NCBI GenBank assembly: GCA_905178155.1
Contig: CAJINV010000006.1
Coordinates: 4,113,709-4,177,708, forward strand
DNA length: 64,000 nucleotides
Source: Amoebophrya sp. A120
Taxonomy: Eukaryota; Protista; Dinoflagellata
Direction of reading: 5' to 3'
The position numbers and the translations under genes are program-made. The notes under the pieces are model-generated. The model saw nothing but the letters and a program-made list of their open reading frames with translations, did not search any database and was not told where the DNA came from. Of this stretch, positions 58,833-64,000 are shown in pieces (positions within the stretch are counted from its first letter, which is position 1; each line of letters starts with the position of its first letter).

Positions 58833-59779
58833 GGCGTCGCTATCTGGTGGGTCGTTTTAGAAGTCCTCTGATATGCCCTTCTAATATCGAAGTTCCTTAA
58901 GTCTTGTAGTGAAAATTAAACACTCTCGCCTGTCGTGTGATGCACCATCAAGTAGAACTCGGGAACATATAGATGCGAGGACGCTAGTAGTGTCGCACAC
59001 TTCCTTTACTTACTTTCTACGGAATAGTAGTTTACTTGCTTCACCATCTTCTTCCTGTTCGCCTGTAACTTTTATTGGTGTAGTCGACATTGACAATTTG
59101 AACGTCGCCGGGAGTTGTTTCTCAAGGTCCTGACCTGCGAAGTTGATGTTAATATTGTAGATCTAGATGATCAATACAATGGAATAACTACAAAAAGCGT
59201 GGAAAGAAAAAATGTGGTCACCGTGGATCATCTTCCACCTTTGAAGGCGCTTCGACAACATCATTTTCTTGGCTAATCAAGATCTAATGAAAAGATTTGC
59301 ATTTGTTTCGAAGATCGGCTTTTTGAGCAAGAGGATCCAAAACCACATTACGAAACTCGTGGAGAGATTCCATTTACCAATCTTTGTAGTCGGGTCATGC
59401 CTTTTATTGTGACAATTTGAAAAACCTTTGCAACAGCGGTCATTTTACTCACCAGCTAATGGCAAAAATACCTTCCGATAGATAGATTCTGATCGAACAG
59501 TTGTGATGATCTCCTGTGGTTATCAAAAGGACGAGCCTCCAAGTTGTACGACTCGAATCTTCACAGAGGCGCACCAGAACGAGCTATGATCCAACTGTAG
59601 CACACTACACTTCAATGCGAGATGAAAGTCGAATTGGCTTTTCTTTATTCACATCTTGCAGAATTTTGCGAGATGGAAGCCGAATAATTGGCGTTTTCTT
59701 ATTAACATCTTCGAGAATTTCATCTATTAATTTCATCGTGGGGAATTTACTTTCAGCGCAGTGTTTCTTGTCACCATAT

Positions 59780-60028
59780 TATCCAAAGAAAAAACTGGCT
59801 CACTGTCATGATTGTGCAAGATCTGCATCACCAGGCTCTTGTAGTACACACATGACAAAGTAAACCTGCCATGCGCGCTTCCCAGGGATGAAAACTAGTA
59901 CACGCTTAAAAAATCATCCAATCATGGCTTGCAAGTGTAGTTGTAGTAGCAAGACAAGCACTGTGGTGTTTCGTTCTCTGCATCACAAGTTCTTCAACAC
60001 AGCGAGACAGCATTTTTTTCTTGCGATA
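59780..60028. mobile_element. TIR introner, family D-like
   Basis: TATC..AAAAAACTGGCTCACTG / CAGCGAGACAGCATTTTTTT..GATA; TSD CATAT/CATGT. Confidence 0.78.
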
Positions 60029-60343
60029 CATGTTCTCGATCACACCTCTGACGGTCGTCGGCTTCGACACCTTCACCACCTGCCCGGACTTTGTCCGCCA
60101 GAAACCCGGTCCGTCGCCTGGATCCTGAAACGCAAACGCATTCTCGCTCACGGTAAAGTCTGGCAACCCCATGAAATTCCCAATTCCGACCCTTGGCGTC
60201 CTGGTAACCGACCGCTCCAAAAGTTCCCTGGCCGAATCTGTCGCAGGAAAAGGCTGCCGCAGTCTCCGAGCTGCGAAGCTCTCGCTCAGCGTCAGAAACG
60301 ATTTGCTATGCTTCCTGTCGATGACACGCAAAACCAAAACCAA
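60029..60343 (-). CDS. Exon of a hypothetical protein
   Basis: Normal-complexity ORF (…GLPDFTVSENAFAFQDPGDGPGFWRTKSG…) ending at an introner; rest of the gene unresolved. Confidence 0.4.
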
Positions 60344-60517
60344 TGAAGATCATGTTGCGCCAGAAGGCGGCGGCCCCAGCAGTACAACATCAACTAGAGA
60401 GCAATTAAAACTACACGTAGAAAAAACATATAAATGCGAACCATGTAGTTGTCCTCGAAAGCGTCACGGAAACTCTTTGTTAATACACTCCGCACTTCGC
60501 AACTTCAGACTGTCACC

Positions 60518-63500
60518 CTAGTATATTTCACTTCCGATAGATTCGGGCAAAGCTTTCGCCGCGCCAAGCTCGACGTACTTGCGTTGTCTACCCACAGACA
60601 CCCGTCCGTAGTCGGTGGCGGTGGCGGCGGCGGAGGTTGTGAAGTTGATGCCCGACGAGGATGCGTATCAAATGTAACAATGTGGTCTGGAAGGATGTAA
60701 ACCTGTGATGCGCATTTCGGAACACGCAAAAATCTCTCATGCATAGGTAGCAAAAGCTGCTCACTTTCTGTCACCAAAATGGGGGATTTGTCATGCGGGT
60801 TCGGCGTTGCGGAAGCTTCTCGAAACCTGTGATGCTCGAGCTTCCATGCCAGACCTTCTGTGTCATGCAGAAACAGCATGACTGTTCCAGACCCAGACAT
60901 TTTTGCATTTGATAATGCGTCAACCGACGCGGCCGCCGAAGTCATTGGCGGTTTTAGTTTCCTTCCAGTCGATATCCTATGTAAAAACGTACCCACCCCA
61001 GAGTTGTCATGCAATTCTGCATGCCAAAAAAGTTTCTCATGCGGAGCCCTATGAGAAGCATTTTCTATTCGTGTTTTGGAATTTGTGATGCTAGAATCAG
61101 TATGGTAGGCTAGATCTGTAATGCTTCTGAGCTAGCGAAACAGGATTACACTACGAGGACAAACTTGTCATGCCAAACGACCAAAGCTGTGTGATTTGTC
61201 TAGCAGATCTGCCAACTTGACTCTGGTGTGGGTACGTTTTTACTCAGGATAGTAGAACTCGTTGACGTTCTGACAGGTGGTGTATACAACGACCTGGTCG
61301 TACTAGACGCTGGTTGCACGACTACGCGGGATAAAGAGTTGAAATTCTCGCTGGAGGTTCTTATATTGTTCATGTTCATCCACTTCCCCCCAGAGGAATT
61401 ATTGTAGTGCCCGCCCAGACTTGTAGTTCCACAGACTGGCGCGGTACTAGCTGGAACACCGACAACTCCACTGGAAAATTTTTCCTGTGATTCTGCTCCT
61501 TGTTGTGCCGAAGAAGCAGCAACGACAGCTGCATTGGACGCGGCTTTCACCGGAGGAGAGGTAGTGCTAGTGGTGGAAGCAAAGGGAGCAGCTGGTGCCA
61601 TCGATAGTTGTTGATGTGCAGTTGCTACTACCGGCGTCGTTTGTGGCATGATCTTCTTCATCTCGCGTGGTATAATCTCCCGCGCAGTGGTCTGCTGGTT
61701 CAACGGCGCGGGCCAAGAAGTCTTCCCTTGATGTTGCGTGTGAAGATTTGATGTCCTGTCTTGTAGTACCAGGTCTGGCTCCTGCTGCACCGGCTGCGAC
61801 ACACTCGGCCGTTCCCGCGACAACCATGGGTTGGGCAACATCGGCTGGGTCGTGTGCAACACAGCCCCAGCACTCATCTGCGGCGGTAAACTGCTTCGGG
61901 GCTGCAACAGGGTAGAAGTTTCTTGCCGCGGCGGAGGTTGCAGCGTAGTTGTACGGGGATTATTGCCGAAGGGCGCCATGAGGCGCCGAACATGATGATC
62001 ACCTTGCGCTAAAACCGGCTGGTGCACTAGTAGGCCGGCCCCTGTTCGTGGTGTGCTGCTAGTAGCTGGAAGATGATTTTTATACGAGTCCTTGTTGGCG
62101 TTTCCTTCCGCCGAGCTGTTCGTTGCCGTCCTCCTTCCCTCACTGACCGTACTGATTGCAGTAGAGAAGACACGTTGTCCGGCTGCAGGGGCCTCGCGGA
62201 CGTATCCTGTGTAAAAACGTACCCACACCAGAGTTGTAATGCAAATCTGCATGCTGAAAATGTTTCTCATGCGGAGCCCCATGAGAAGCATTTTCTAGTC
62301 GCGTTTTGCAATTTGTCATGCTCCAATCAGCATGAGAGACTAGATCTGTAATGCTGCTGAACTAGCTCAAACAGCACTACACTACGCGTCCAAATTTGTC
62401 ATGCGAAACAGCCAAAGCTTGTGGATTTGTCTAGCCGATTCCCCATCTTGACTATGGGGTGGGTACGTTTTTACATAGGATAGGACGTGCTGCAAAATCA
62501 ATGGGCCGACGTGGGCTGATACGTTTGCAACTTCTTTTGCGCGCGGCGGCCCAACTAGTACCTTTTCCTCGCTGTATGGCGCGAAAACCGTGCTGCTTTC
62601 CGAAACGCGCATGTCCATCATGGAGGAGGGTTCCTCGGGGTGCCGTGGACGAGGTATGATCGTGAGAAAAAAATGCTATACAGATCCACACTCTAACGCA
62701 AGACTAGCAAGACCGACAACCTCTGTCATGCACGAAATTAATATCTTCGAGCCTCGTTTCAATTTCGTGCGTGTTTCTGTTTTCCCTTAGTGTCTGCGCA
62801 TGACAAGTTTTCTTTGCCATGCAGAGCAACTTCGTGATGCTGAAATTATTGCAACAAATGTGTAAGAACTGTATAAAACTTTTTTCCGGCGATACGAGCA
62901 GCAGCAGGTGGTGCGGGATTACTGCCGTTTCCCGCGGCCACGACCGGCGCCGCCGCTCCTGTCTTGGGATCGAAATTGAATACTTCTGATGAAACGGCGC
63001 CATCGCCTCGGCGTCCTCCTCCTCCTGGAGCTTGAAGTTGTACTGTAGATGTAATATCATTGTTCCCGGAATAAAACAACCCATCCCCTCTTGCAGCTAA
63101 CTGCTCCTGCATTCGGCTCAGAATGGTCTCTCCTCGACTCATCAAGTCCGTTTTGCTATCGGCGTTTGATATTTTTGAAACGTCGGACAGAAGTACTTGC
63201 TGCATCTTCGTCCCAGCATGGTTAGAAGAAGTGCCACGACCACCTCTATTGTGAGGAAAAATCCCCCCTCCCCATATCAAAACGAAGTTTCTGATGCTGG
63301 ATTTGAGTACACAAATTAGGTTTGTTTTGCAAAAAGTACTTGGCGGCATTTTCTGAGCCTGTTTGGGTATGCAGAAGGCTAGCAATTACGCATGGCGAAC
63401 AGGTTTGCAGTAGCCGAAAGCGCATGACAGATCGGCTTTGAAATGCGCCACATGGCTCCTATTGCCCTATAGGCAAGACAAAGCTGATTTGTGGCCACAA

Positions 63501-63767
63501 ATCAGCATCACAAATTTCCATTTTGATATGGGGAGGGGGGATTTTTCATTTTGATAACCTCCAAAATTTATTTCGCTACTTGTTCGACGATCATCTAGAG
63601 GTACCGGCACGACAAGAGCAGCTTCTTCCACCCCTGTTCTTCTTGTCGGGGCATGTGCAATTGGCTCTTCTTGTGCAGGAGCTCCGGACCGTAACAACTG
63701 TTGAACTTCTCGGTGGTACGCGACTTCTGGCCACGACGCCGCCGGTGCTCCTGGGGTACTCTTATGC
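60518..63767 (-). CDS. 3' part of a low-complexity S/T/Q/P-rich hypothetical protein
   Basis: Joins checked across 60973-61251 and 60666-60914 lead to a stop at 60518. Upstream joins were not individually verified; the gene continues toward the window end. Confidence 0.6.
60666..60914. mobile_element. TIR introner, family A
   Basis: TSD ATGCG. Confidence 0.9.
60973..61251. mobile_element. TIR introner, family C
   Basis: TSD GTCGA/GTAGA; excision in frame. Confidence 0.9.
62203..62482. mobile_element. TIR introner, family C
   Basis: TSD GGACG. Confidence 0.92.
62655..62894. mobile_element. TIR introner, family D-like
   Basis: TSD CGAGG/CGAGC. Confidence 0.8.
63247..63556. mobile_element. 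TIR introner, family B
   Basis: TSD ACCTC. Confidence 0.9.
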
Positions 63768-63870
63768 TATCCTGCGCAAAAACGTCCCCATCCCAGAGTT
63801 GTACAGTGCAAATCTGCTATAGGCTCTCGGAAATTCATGTGAGAGTCCATTTCTGAAAATTTAAAATTCG
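63768..63870. mobile_element. Left end of a family C introner; partner end lies outside the window or is interrupted
   Basis: TATCCTGCGCAAAAACGTCCCCATCCCAGAGTTG; right limit approximate. Confidence 0.75.
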
Positions 63871-64000
63871 CAAACTTCGAAACCCTCTGCGAATCTTATA
63901 ACACGCGCCCAAAACCCGGCCCCGGCGAACCCCATTCAGCTTCCAAAGTCAACAAGGCCCCGAAAAGGGGGCTTCGAGAACTCTGAAAGGTACGCGCCGT

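Noticed and set aside
1-64000. tRNA, rRNA or SL RNA genes
   Set aside because: None recognised. The SL match lacks the following GT and the 5' DCCGTAG expected of an SL RNA gene.

Overview
This is eukaryotic DNA from the dinoflagellate lineage, most likely the syndinian parasite Amoebophrya. That call is an inference from a relic dinoflagellate spliced leader at 15131-15145 and from the gene and intron architecture. Every gene I could rebuild lies on the minus strand. The genes are split by about 65 small (145-400 bp) terminal-inverted-repeat elements from about 12 families. Nearly all begin TATS and end SATA (S = C/G), have a 5-bp target-site duplication (TSD) and carry a shared internal motif, TGTVATGC. 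At every junction I could anchor to a recognisable or continuous protein, removing the element plus one TSD restores the reading frame. This rebuilds a DUF285/BspA-like repeat protein, a dynein heavy-chain fragment, two secreted/membrane Cys-rich proteins, cyclase-associated protein (N-CAP and WH2/C-CAP) and IPI1/TEX10. The elements therefore look like orientation-independent, mostly non-GT-AG introns (introners), a type already reported from Amoebophrya. Three introners are swollen to 3-8 kb by nested cargo: an SL-capped poly(A)-tailed retrocopy, a palindromic 132/264-bp satellite, and a 6.6-kb Merlin-like TIR element plus a LINE-like fragment. No transposase was found. Most entries in the ORF track are artefacts of these repeats. 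All coordinates and junctions were read by eye, and splicing is inferred, not observed. Family letters are my own labels.
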